This document shows, one piece after another, positions 10,895-20,011 of a DNA stretch of 64,000 nt; the first letter of the stretch is position 1; every line of letters starts with the position of its first letter. The notes beneath the pieces were generated by a model that did no database searches, had not been told where the DNA came from, and saw only the letters and a program-made list of their open reading frames with translations. The DNA is from an uncultured Chloroflexia bacterium (GTDB lineage: Bacteria; Chloroflexota; Limnocylindria; Limnocylindrales; CSP1-4), in the NCBI GenBank assembly GCA_963715085.1, contig CAVQQU010000006.1:287906-351905 (forward strand), read 5' to 3'. The translations under genes were made by a program, and so were the position numbers.

Positions 10895-11892
10895 GCCTCC
10901 TGCCGCGCGTCGCGGTGATCTTCACGGGCGGAACCATCAGCATGACCGTCGACGCGGCGGCGGGTGGAGCGTGTGCCCACGCTCGGCGCCGCCGAGCTGC
11001 TGGCCTCGGTGCCCGGCCTCGCCCGGCGGGCGGACGTCGTCCCGATCGACCTCGGCCGCATGCCGGCCAGTCACTTCTCGTTCGCGGACGTGCTCCGCAT
11101 CCGGCGCGTCATCGACGGCGCGCTCCCGGATCCGCGTGTCCGTGGTGTCGTGGTCGTCCAGGGCACCGACACGCTCGAGGAGACAGCCTTCGCCTGGGAT
11201 CTCTGCCACCGTGACCCGCGTCCGGTCGTCGTCACCGGGGCGATGCGCAACGCCAGCGACCCGGGCTGGGACGGCCCGGCCAACCTGCTCGGAGCGGTGC
11301 GGGTCGCCGCTTCGGAGCGCGGCCCGGGGCGCCGGCGTGCTGGTCGTCCTGGGCGGCCGGGTCCACGCGGCGGACGCCGTGGCCAAGCGCCACGCCACGG
11401 CCCTGGACGCCTTCGCGACCCGGGATGGCCCGCCGCTCGGACGGGTAGGGGAGCGGCGGTGTCCGGATTCGACCCCGCGGACCTCGCCGCACCTTGCCGG
11501 CGTCTCCCGGGTCGGCCGCCATGCCCATCCCGATCATCGTGGCAGCCCTCGAGACGACGGGCGCCGCCCTGGATGCCGCCGTTCGCGACGGCGCGCGGGG
11601 CGTGGTCGTCGCGGCCACGGGCTCCGGGAACACGCACCCGGACCTCCTGCGGGCGGCCGTGGCCGCTCGCGACGCCGGCGTCGAGGTCGTGCTGGCTTCG
11701 CGGACAGGCGCCGGAGCGGTTGGCCCCGGCTACGCCTTCCCCGGCGGAGGGGCGACGTGGGTGCGCGCCGGCGTCCCCCTCGCCGGAAGCCTGACGCCCG
11801 TGCAGGCGCGGGTCGCGCTCGCCCTGGGCCTCGGCGCGGGGATGGCCGGTCCCGACCTGGCCGCCCTGCTGCGGGGCCCGGCCGATTCCTGA
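10891..11892 (+). CDS. ansA: L-asparaginase (type I/ansA-like); about 3-4 frame changes
   Basis: VAVIFTGGTISM (active-site Thr motif), VVVVQGTDTLEETAF, VVVTGAMRNASDPGWDGPANL, VLVVLGGRVHAADAVAKRHATALDAF, and VVVAATGSGNTHPDLL..VVLASRTG, spread over three frames. Confidence 0.75.
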
Positions 11893-11952
11893 TGAGCGGC
11901 TCGCAAGGCCACTATCCTTGGCCGCACCGCCCCGTCACGGAGGATCGCCGCT

Positions 11953-12287
11953 GTGTTGCCCCAGGATGCCCCCAAGCAGGACCTGAACAAGCGCCTCGAG
12001 ACGGTCAGCTGGGGCCTCTTCCTGATCATGCTCGGCGGCTTCGCCCTGGCTGAAGGACGTCCCCGAGGGGACCTGGCTGATCGGCGCCGGCCTGATCATG
12101 CTCGGGCTCAACGCCGTGCGACTCCTGCTCGGCATTCGGGCGAGCTGGTTCACGATCATCCTCGGGCACGATCGCCCTGCTCTCGGGGCTCGGCAGCGTC
12201 TTCGGCATCGACATCCCGGTCGGCCCCGTGCTCATCATCCTCATCGGCCTCGCCATCGTGGTGCGCGCCCTCCAGCCGCGCTGGTAG
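11953..12287 (+). CDS. small multi-pass membrane protein, function unknown; about 2 frame changes
   Basis: Read across frames: VSWGLFLIMLGGFALAE, LIGAGLIMLGLNAVRLLLGIRASWFTIILG and GPVLIILIGLAIVVRALQPRW, ending at TAG 12285-12287. Confidence 0.45.
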
Positions 12288-12419
12288 GGAGGCCGCCGAC
12301 GCCGGGCTCGTCCCATCGGGCGGTGCGACGAGCGGTCTGCACCCCGGCCCGATCGACGACACCGGCCGGGACCATCGAGTGGTGTCTGCCGGCGGTCCGC
12401 CAGGCCTAGTGTCGCGCGC

Positions 12420-13000
12420 ATGTCGATGCGCTCGACGCTCGTCGCGACCACTGCGGGTTTTCCGCCACGAGCCCGCTGCGTCCGACGGCGCCGACGAGAC
12501 GTCCGGCTCGGTCGAGGTTCCCACGGTCGGCCTGACCCTCTACACGGGCGACTCCGTGGCGTTCGGATACGTGCCCCTCTCGGCCGCGCGCGTGACGGAC
12601 CTCATGAACGAGCACGAGGAGTTTGCGTTCGTCGACACGTACCTGGAGAGCCTCGAGGACGGGCACGAGCTGGCGGCCGGGTCCGTGCGTGGTCGCCCGC
12701 GACGAGATCTTCGTCGCCGCCGTGGCCGGACCGCGCGGCGATCCGAAGCGGCGGACGCGAACCCGCCCCATCCCGATCGAGATGCAGGTCGGGCCCTACT
12801 CCGTGTGGGGGAATCTCCACGTGGTTCCCGGAACCGACCCCCTCATGAGCTTCCGGAGCCGGCGCACGATGGTGCCGGTGACGGAGGCGACGGTCGAATG
12901 GGATTCACCGGACGGCCGGAGGCTGGCGCAGTGGCCGACCGTCGTCGTCAACCGGATGCTGGCCGACTGGATTGCCCCCGCACGACGGGATGTGCGGCCG
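12420..13000 (+). CDS. hypothetical protein; boundaries uncertain, at least 1 frame change near 12690
   Basis: Coding-looking segments are VGLTLYTGDSVAFGYVPLSAARVTDLMNEHEEFAFVDTYLESLEDGHELAAGSV, then VVARDEIFVAAVAGPRGDPKRRTRTRPIPIEMQVGPYSVWGNLHVVPGTDPLMSFRSRRTMVPVTEATVEW. I recognise no family. Confidence 0.35.
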
Positions 13001-13531
13001 CGTGACCTGCAGCTCGTTCCCGAGGGTGAGAGCAGCGCCGGAGCGGCGACTTCGTCTCGCGATCGTCCGCAGCTGAGGGGTCGCGCAGGACCGGGTCGCG
13101 CAGGGCCCCCGGTCGCCCGGTGCAGCGACCCGTTCGCGGGGGAGCGCGGAGCGGTGCGCGGCCGACGCTGCGCGATCCTGATGAACGGTTCTGAGCCGAC
13201 GCTCGGGTCCGGCACTCTTCCCCAGGAGCGTAGGAACGTAGGGCTTCCGGATGGGTGGTGCGGTCGTCCCTGCGAAGGGGCAGGTCGCTCATGTCCTGCG
13301 CGGGCAACGTCTTCGTCCGACGAGGCCCCTGTGTTCGAGGTCATGCTCCGGGCGAAGTAGCCCAGTCGCGCGCGATGCAACGACCCCCGGACGCCGGTGC
13401 GATCCGATCCGGCGGGCGAGCGGACCGTCCGTCGTGCGGCAGCCGGGACCGAGCCCGGACCTCGCGCTCCCACGTCGCCTGGATGTCGACCCGGCGTCGC
13501 GCCGGCTCCTCGGCGGTCAGGCCTCTACCCG

Positions 13532-14612
13532 TCACGGCGGGTCCTTGCAGGGTGGTCGATGTGGCCGAGCCTCGTCGCTCGACGAAGCCTCGCGTCTTCC
13601 GGAGGCCACGATGTGCTCGGGGGAGGGTCCGATGCTGCCAGTAGTCCTGCATCAGCCCGAGGTTCATCTCGTGGACGATCGGTGCGACTCCCAGATCGAG
13701 ACGCCCCAGCCGCCAGCGCGTTCGGGATGGCCAGCTCGATGCTCATCGCGAGGTAGTCGGCGTCTGGACGCGGTCGAGCATGCTCGGTCGTACTCGATCA
13801 TGGCGTCGATGAACGTCTTCGTGTAGCCGCCGGCCATGATCGACGGCATGGTCGCCGTGGTTCGGGTAGATGCGGTCGACGTCGAGCTTCCGCATCCGGG
13901 CAAGCTCCGTGATGTGGGTGGGGACCCAGCCCGGATCGACCATGTAGGTGACCGTGTCCTCGAGCATGTCACCGGGATAGAGGGCCCGGTCGGACGGGAT
14001 GACCATCGCCCAGCCGTCGCGGCTGTGGATGTTGTAGTTGCGGAACTCGACCTTGACGTCCCGACGGTGAGCTCGAGGGTCGTGCCCAGGCCGACCACGT
14101 TCGTGGGCATCACCACCGGGACGGCTGGCATGCCCCACAGCGTCCCCGCCTCGATCGCCTTCTTGTTGGCCCGCATGTAGGCGTTGGTCGCGGCGTTGGC
14201 GTAGATCGGGCTGTCGGCGAAGGCCTCGAGGCCGGCGATGTGGTCGAGATGCCAGTGCGAGAGCACGACGGTGAAGCGCTTGATCCCCAGCTCGTTCGTC
14301 AGGTAGTCGCGCTCCCACTGGCCCAGCGACGGCAGCGTCCCGGTGTCGTACAGGATCGCCTCGTCGCCGCTGTAGACGGCGTAGTTGATGCCGCCGAGGT
14401 CCCAGGACCCGTAGTTGACCCAGTTCTCCGGGTACAGCTCCTCCAGGCCCGACGGGCCGGTCAGCCCCGGCCGACGTAGAAGCCGACGACGTGGTCGTTG
14501 ACGGGGATCACGTCGGCGGCGACGACGGCGGCAGGGGCTCCGCGCCCACGGCAGCGGCAGGGACCGCGCCGCCAGCAGGCCTGCGACCGCGAGCGCCACG
14601 CATCCTCTTCAC
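13532..14612 (-). CDS. secreted MBL-fold metallo-hydrolase; about 4-5 frame changes, 3' end uncertain
   Basis: GAAGGAGGA lies upstream of GTG 14612. It has a signal-like N-terminus and the metal-binding motif VVLSHWHLDHIAG. Other segments are FRNYNIHSRDGWAMVIPSDRALYPGDMLEDTVTYMVDPGW and DRIYPNHGD. Pieces come from ORFs 13664..14599, 13743..14318 and 14461..14712. Confidence 0.65.
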
Positions 14613-14829
14613 TCGGTTGTCCTCCTTCAGTCCCGTTCACGGGCTGGGCACCCAAGGGATCCCGATCAGCACCGCCTTCACGCGGCCAGTCGCAGTCTGC
14701 CACATGGGACACTGCGAGCGGTCGGTCTCGCCAGTGGCTCGGCGCGGTCCCGGCGGCCGGGTTTGGGCCACGTGTATCGCCTCCCGTCGCTGACGCCAGT
14801 GTTGGGAAGGCAAGGTCCGGCCGGGGAGG

Positions 14830-14992
14830 GCCGTTCGGCTCAGTTCCGCCCGACCGCCGATCGGTCGTTGCTCGGCGAGGCGCATCCCCCCGAGCCGGAG
14901 GAGGCTGCGCCGGTTGGGGAAGACCCCGATGACGTCAGCCTGGCCGCGATCTCCGTGTTGGGCGGCTCCTGGGGTTGGTCGAACGGATCGGC
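14830..14992 (-). pseudogene. C-terminal remnant of an IS256/Mutator-family transposase
   Basis: ADVIGVFPNRRSLLRLGGMRLAEQ (ORF 14637..15239) matches the conserved IS256 C-terminal block (VVGIFPN...RLVGAVLAEQ). The upstream part is weak and frameshifted. No DDE core or inverted repeats are visible. Confidence 0.5.
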
Positions 14993-15040
14993 TACGATAG
15001 GCTTCGGGGAACGTGACTTGGCGCGGAGGTCGTCCCCGAC

Positions 15041-15190
15041 GCACCAGACGAGGAACGCCTGCACGCCGCGGTGGCGGTTGCGGGCGGTCAGGGAGCGCCG
15101 GGCCGCGAGGGAGCGGCGCCAGGACGCGACGAGCGCGCCGAGGTCGTCGGTTGCCGTAGAATGGGCGCCCATGGCGGGCTCGACTGGCAT
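15041..15190 (-). pseudogene. N-terminal remnant of a tyrosine recombinase/integrase (SAM-like N domain only)
   Basis: ORF 14840..15277 contains LVASWRRSLAARRSLTARNRHRGVQAFLVWC. This fits the N-terminal core-binding pattern of phage-type integrases (W..L......S..T...YR..V..FL.WC). No catalytic domain follows. It lies about 120 nt from tRNA-Val. Confidence 0.4.
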
Positions 15191-15310
15191 CGGTCGTGTT
15201 CCTCGTGCGGGTGTCCTCACGCTCACCCGCATGCGGCATTCGGAGCGACGTAGGTCAAGTCCCCGCCGTGAGAACACCGGGTACTGTGCTCTAGCTGAGC
15301 ACGGAACATC

Positions 15311-15387
15311 GGGCGGTTAGCTCAGTTGGTTAGAGCGCATGCTTGACATGCATGAGGCCAGAGGTTCAAGTCCTCTACCGCCCACCA
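15311..15387 (+). tRNA. tRNA-Val (anticodon GAC), CCA encoded
   Basis: Hand-folded cloverleaf. The acceptor is GGGCGGT/ACCGCCC. The D arm is GCTC-AGTTGGTTA-GAGC. The anticodon stem is CATGC/GCATG with loop TTGACAT. The variable region is AGGCC. The T arm is AGAGG-TTCAAGT-CCTCT. The discriminator is A, followed by CCA. Total length is 77 nt. Confidence 0.93.
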
Positions 15388-15399
15388 GATACCGAACGC

Positions 15400-15653
15400 G
15401 TCGAGCGGGACACGCCCGCCCCGGCGAGCCGCAAGAGAGCCGCGATCCAGGCTGAGAGTCGCGACGGGCCACCGGGACAGCGGCACCACCCGTGAGCGGC
15501 CGGCGAACCGGTCCGGGATCCGCCCGTTAGCGCGGCCACGAGAGCGCCTCGCCGGCACCCGCCGGGCGAGGCGAAGGCGGGTGGAACCGCGGGAGGCATC
15601 GGCCCCTCGTCCTGCACGGACGAGGGGTTTCGTATTCCCGGAGGAGGCAGGTC
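15400..15653 (+). promoter_or_regulatory. T-box leader (tRNA-sensing riboswitch) controlling thrS
   Basis: T-box core GGGTGGAACCGCG lies at 15579-15591. A terminator/antiterminator alternative follows immediately downstream. Upstream are AGAGA at 15434-15438, a candidate ACC specifier at 15485-15487 followed by A, and a stem-III-like hairpin CGCCTCGCCGG...CCGGGCGAGGCG at about 15544-15572. SD GGAGGAGG precedes ATG 15654. Confidence 0.7.
15603..15636 (+). terminator. intrinsic terminator of the thrS T-box leader
   Basis: Perfect 10-bp stem CCCCTCGTCC / GGACGAGGGG with loop TGCAC, followed by TTTCGTATT. Confidence 0.7.
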
Positions 15654-17489
15654 ATGGGCGACGAACCGGCAGACGAGGTCCAGGAGGCTCTCGAGGCGCC
15701 CGAGCGCGGATCCGCCGACGAGCTGCTCGACGCCGGTGCGCACGCGCCGATCGACGCGATGCGCCACTCGGCCGCCCACGTCATGGCCGAGGCGGTCCTC
15801 GACCTCTTCCCGGGCGCGAAGCTCGGGATCGGTCCGGCCATCGACGACGGCTTCTACTACGACTTCGACCTGCCGCGCCCCCTGACGCCGGACGACCTCG
15901 CCGCGATCGAGGAGCGGATGCGGGCGAGCGTCGCGGCGGCCACCCGTTCGTCCGGCGCGGAGCTGCCGTTCGCGGAGGCCCGCGACCGCGGTCTGCCGGC
16001 GAGGGCCAGTCGTACAAGGTCGAGATCCTCGACGACCTGGCGGCCAAGGCGGCGGCGGCCGGCGAGGAGCCCCCGGTGACGAGCTTCTACGAGCACGGCC
16101 CGTTCGGCGACCTCTGCAAGGGTCCCCACGTCGCGACGACGGCGGCGATCGGCCCGTTCAAGCTGCTCTCCGTCGCCGGCGCGTACTGGCGCGGCGACGA
16201 GAAGCGACCGATGCTCCAGCGGATCTACGGGACGGTCTGGGAGACCCAGGACGAGCTGGACCAGTTCCTGTGGCGCCGCGAGGAGGCGAAGAAGCGCGAC
16301 CACCGCAAGCTCGGTCTGGCGCTCGACCTCTTCAGCTTCCACGACGTCAGCCCGGGCTCGGCCTTCTGGCATCCCAAGGGCCAGCGGCTCTGGCGGACGC
16401 TCGAGGCGGCGATGCGCGAGCTCCAGGAGCGGCGCGGCTACCAGGAGATCAGCACGCCGATGGTCGTCCACGAGAAGCTCTGGCGGCAGTCGGGCCACTG
16501 GGACCTCTACCGCGACAACATGTTCCTCATCGAGTCCGAGGGCCAGACGTTCTCGCCTCAAGCCGATGAACTGCCCGGAGTCGACCTTCATCTACAAGAC
16601 CCGGGTCCGCTCGTACCGCGACCTGCCGCTGCGCCTCTCCGAGTACGGGCGGCTCCATCGCAACGAACGGTCCGGGACGCTCTCGGGCCTGACCCGCGTT
16701 CGCCACTTCATCCAGGACGACAGCCACATCTTCGTCCGACCGGACCAGCTGGCCGACGAGATCGCGGCCCTCCTCGGCGAGGTCCGAGGAGGTCTACTGC
16801 CTGGTTCGGCCTCGAGCCACAGGTCAAGTTCGGCACGAAGCCCGACAAGGCCCTCGGCGACCCGGCGCTCTGGGAGAGGGCCGAGGCGCTGATCCGCGAG
16901 GCGCTCGATCGCTCCGGCCTCGTGGACCGTGTCAAGCCCAAGGACGGGGCCTTCTACGCCCCGAAGATCGACGTCCACGTCGAGGACGCCCTCGGACGCT
17001 CGTGGCAGACGGCGACGTTCCAGGTCGACCTCGTCATGCTGCCGGAGCGCTTCGACCTCGAGTACATCGACGCCGACGGCCAGCCGAAGCGCCCGATGGC
17101 GATCCACCGGGCGGTGTACGGCTCGCTCGAGCGGTTCATCGGGATCCTCATCGAGCACTTCGCGGGCGCGTTCCCGCTCTGGCTCGCGCCGGTCCAGGCC
17201 GTCGTGATCCCGATCGCCGACCGCCACTCTGGCCGCCGGCGAGCTGGCGACCGTGCTGCGCGGCGCCGGCCTGCGCGTCGAGGTCGACGCCTCCGACGCC
17301 CGGATGCAGAACAAGATCCGCCTGGCCCAGGAGCAGAAGGTCCCCTACATGCTCGTGCTCGGTGATCGCGAGGTGGAGGCGCGCACCGCTGCCCCGCGAA
17401 CGCGCGCCGGCGAGCAGCAGCCGACCGAGGGTTGGGAGGCCCTGGCCGAGCGGCTCGCGTCCCAGGCGGCGGAACGGCGTCCCGACTGA
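15654..17489 (+). CDS. thrS: threonyl-tRNA synthetase (short form without N-terminal TGS domain); about 4 frame changes
   Basis: [80 protein letters not shown]...[64 protein letters not shown], and [14 protein letters not shown], spread over three frames. Confidence 0.9.
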
Positions 17490-17632
17490 AGGGACGCTCC
17501 GAGCGGGACCGTGCGCGCCTCCGCCAGCACGGTTGTGATATTCTCCGCCGGCGAACCGCGCCCGGTTCGCGCGTGCGCTCTGCACGCCGTGTGTGGGCGT
17601 CCAGTGAGCTCGAGAACGCGAAGGGGCCGACC

Positions 17633-18301
17633 ATAAGCCGAGAGCTGCGTGTCAACCAGATGATCCGGATCCCTCAGGTTCGGGTGATCGACGAGGATGG
17701 GAACCAGATGGGCGTCATGTCCACCCTGGATGCCCTCCACCTGGCACAGGAGCGCGGCTACGACCTCGTGGAGGTGGCTCCGACGGCCTCGCCGCCCGTG
17801 ACCCGTCTTCTCGACTACGGCCAGTACAAGTACGAGCTGGCCAAGCGCGACAAGGAGGCGAAGCGGAAGTCCCGGTCCGTCGAGTTCAAGGAGATCCGCC
17901 TGAAGCCGAAGATCGGCCAGGGCGACTTCGACACGAAGGTGCGCCGGGCAATCGAGTTCCTCGAGGAGGGTGACCGGATCAAGGTGGCCGTCCAGTTTCG
18001 CGGACGCGAGCTGACACACCCGCACCTCGGGCGGGAGCTCCTCAGCAAGTTCGCGGACCAGGTCAAGGACCATGGAGCCCTCGAGCGAGCACCGCTCCTC
18101 GAAGGCAAGTCGATGCACATCACGATCGCGTCGACCCACAAGCCGAAGCCGCGCGAGGCGGCCGCAGGGGATCGAGCCCCGGCGGCAGACGCCGAGGGCG
18201 CGAGGCGACGAGGTCGTGGATGCCGCTTCGGCGGTCGCGGTCGACGCAGCGGGCCCTGTGCCCGCAATCACGGGAGAGTGAGTCCGGCGTGCCGAAGATG
18301 A
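17633..18301 (+). CDS. infC: translation initiation factor IF-3; non-AUG (ATA) start inferred, 3' end ambiguous (18281 or 18301)
   Basis: ISRELRVNQMIRIPQVRVIDEDGNQMGVMST..AL.LAQERGYDLVEVAP...VTRLLDYGQYKYE...FKEIRLKPKIGQGDFDTKVRRAIEFLEEGDRIKV. GAAGGGG lies upstream of ATA 17633. IF-3 genes typically use AUU/AUA/AUC starts. Confidence 0.85.
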   Translation: MSRELRVNQMIRIPQVRVIDEDGNQMGVMSTLDALHLAQERGYDLVEVAPTASPPVTRLLDYGQYKYELAKRDKEAKRKSRSVEFKEIRLKPKIGQGDFDTKVRRAIEFLEEGDRIKVAVQFRGRELTHPHLGRELLSKFADQVKDHGALERAPLLEGKSMHITIASTHKPKPREAAAGDRAPAADAEGARRRGRGCRFGGRGRRSGPCARNHGRVSPACRR

Positions 18302-18496
18302 AGTCCCACAAGGGCAGCCAGAAGCGGATCGGGGTGACGGGGAGCGGCAAGCCCGATCCGCGTGAAGTCCTGGCGCGGCCACCACCTCGAGCTGAAGTCC
18401 TCGCGGCGCACCCGTCGCTACGCCGGCAAGGCGCTCATCGGGCCGGAGCACGCGGACCAGGTCGCGCGGCTTCTCCCGTACCTGAAGAAGGGCTGA
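18289..18496 (+). CDS. rpmI: 50S ribosomal protein L35; 1 frame change near 18355
   Basis: VPKMKSHKGSQKRIGVTGSGK, then in the next frame WRGHHLELKSSRRTRRYAGKALIGPEHADQVARLLPYLKKG, ending at TGA 18494-18496. Confidence 0.8.
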
Positions 18497-18500
18497 CCCC

Positions 18501-18851
18501 ATGGCACGCGTCAAGCGGGGCGTAACCGCCCATCGCCGCCACAAGCGGCTTCTCAACGCGGCCGAGGGCCGCAAGGGGACTCGCAGCAGGCTCGTCAAGC
18601 CGGCGCGCGAGGCACTCCTCCACGCGCTCGCCTACGCGACCCGCGACCGCAAGGTCCGCAAGCGCAACATGCGCCAGCTCTGGATCCTGCGCATCAACGC
18701 CGGATCGCGCGCCCACGGGGTCCCGTACGCGCAGCTCATCGCCGGCCTGAAGAAGGCCGACATCGTGCTCGACCGGAAGATCCTGGCGGACCTCGCGGTG
18801 CGCGACGACGCGACGTTCGGCAAGATCGTCGAGGTCGCCCGCAGCGCCTGA
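18501..18851 (+). CDS. rplT: 50S ribosomal protein L20
   Basis: Intact 116-aa ORF: MARVKRGVTAHRRHKRLL...RDRKVRKRNMRQLWILRINAG...LADLAV. Confidence 0.95.
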   Translation: MARVKRGVTAHRRHKRLLNAAEGRKGTRSRLVKPAREALLHALAYATRDRKVRKRNMRQLWILRINAGSRAHGVPYAQLIAGLKKADIVLDRKILADLAVRDDATFGKIVEVARSA

Positions 18852-18940
18852 CGGCACGGTCGGGACGGTCCCGACCCGCGATCACGCAGCGGGACCCTCG
18901 CGCGCTCCGGCGCCGCGAGGGTCCGTGATTCCCGGCCCGG

Positions 18941-20011
18941 ATGATGGAGGCGCCGCTCACCACCGTGGACCTCGCGACCCTCACCGCCCAGCTCCGCGCG
19001 CTTCGTGACGAGGCCCTGCCCCGCATCGCGGGGGCAGCCGACCTCGCGGCGCTCGACGAGCTCGACCTGCACTACCTCGGTCGCAAGGGCGGCGCGCTGT
19101 CCGGGCTCATGCGCGGGATCGGCGCGTTGCCGGTCGAGGATCGGCCGCGGGTCGGCGCGGCCGTCAACGAGGTGCGCGAGGCGGTCGAGTCGGCGCTCGG
19201 GGAGGCGCGCGGGCGGGCCGGCTCCGCGGCGCTCGAGGCGACGGCTGGCCGCGGAGACGGTCGACGTCACCGCGCCGGCCCGGGTCATCCCGCGCGGGAC
19301 CCTCCATCCGATCGTCGAGACCGTCGGCGCGGATCACCGAGATCTTCGGGCAGTTCGGGTTCGTGACCTACGAGGGGCCCGAGATCGAGACCGACGTCAC
19401 CAACTTCCAGATGCTCAACATCCCGCCCGACCACCCGGCCCGGGACCTGTGGGACACGATCTACGTCGACATCGACGGTGCGCTGCTGCGGACCCACACG
19501 TCTCCCGGCCAGATCGTCGTGATGCACGCCGAGGACCCGCCGATCCGCGCGCTCCTGCCGGGCCGTTGCTTCCGTTACGAGGCGATCGACGCCTCGCACG
19601 CGTCGGAGTTCTTCCAGGTCGAAGGGCTTGATGGTCGACGAGGGGACGAACCTGGCGGACCTCAAGGGCCAGCTCGTCGAGTTCGCCCACGCGATGTTCG
19701 GCGCGGGCACGCCCACGCGCTTCCGGCCCGGCTACTACCCCTTCACCGAGCCGTCGGTGGCCTTCGACATCGGCTGCCTCGTCTGCGGCGGGCCCGGCTG
19801 CCCGGCCTGCGGACGAACGGGCTGGATGACGATCCTGGGCGCGGGGATGGTCCACCCGGTCGTTCTCCAGTACGGCGGCATCGACCCGGAGCGGTACCAG
19901 GGCTTCGCGTTCGGGATGGGCGTCGAGCGGATCGCGATGCTGCGCCACGGGATCACCGACATCCGGGTCTTCCTCGACGGCGACCTGCGCTTCCTGGGGC
20001 AGTTCCGATGA
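18941..20011 (+). CDS. pheS: phenylalanyl-tRNA synthetase alpha subunit; about 3 frame changes
   Basis: [95 protein letters not shown], and [16 protein letters not shown]...[10 protein letters not shown]...[18 protein letters not shown]. Confidence 0.9.

Noticed and set aside
9091-11061. 656-aa ORF on the minus strand, antisense to the MFS transporter. Similar long antisense ORFs occur at 44771..47125, 53184..54908, 23515..25272, 3408..4664 and 19735..20697.
   Set aside because: Their translations are Arg/Pro/Gly/Asp-rich and low in complexity, with no family motifs. They lie exactly opposite well-supported genes. This is the typical stop-poor shadow-frame effect in very GC-rich DNA.
9202-11214. 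670-aa ORF suggesting a DUF951-MFS-asparaginase fusion protein.
   Set aside because: Domain boundaries coincide with ATGA/GTGA junctions at 9427 and 10891. The asparaginase part quickly leaves the frame. Three coupled genes plus indels explain it better.
13150-13240. TPP-riboswitch-like fragments (CTGAG, CCTGAT, CCAGGAGCGTAGGAA).
   Set aside because: The order of the elements is wrong, because CCUGAU precedes CUGAG. The highly conserved ACCUGAUCUGGAUAAUGCCAGCG block is not matched. No thiamine-related gene lies downstream.
15041-15277. ORF 14840..15277 considered as a functional integrase gene next to the tRNA.
   Set aside because: Only about 50 residues resemble an integrase N-terminal domain. 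No catalytic R-H-R-Y region follows, and the frame runs straight into a transposase fragment. I treat it as a remnant.
17490-17632. Possible L20-leader-type autoregulatory RNA upstream of infC (hairpin GCGAACCG-CGCC-CGGTTCGC).
   Set aside because: I cannot recognise the L20-binding mimic or a terminator from the sequence alone. One short hairpin is not sufficient evidence. I therefore left it unannotated.
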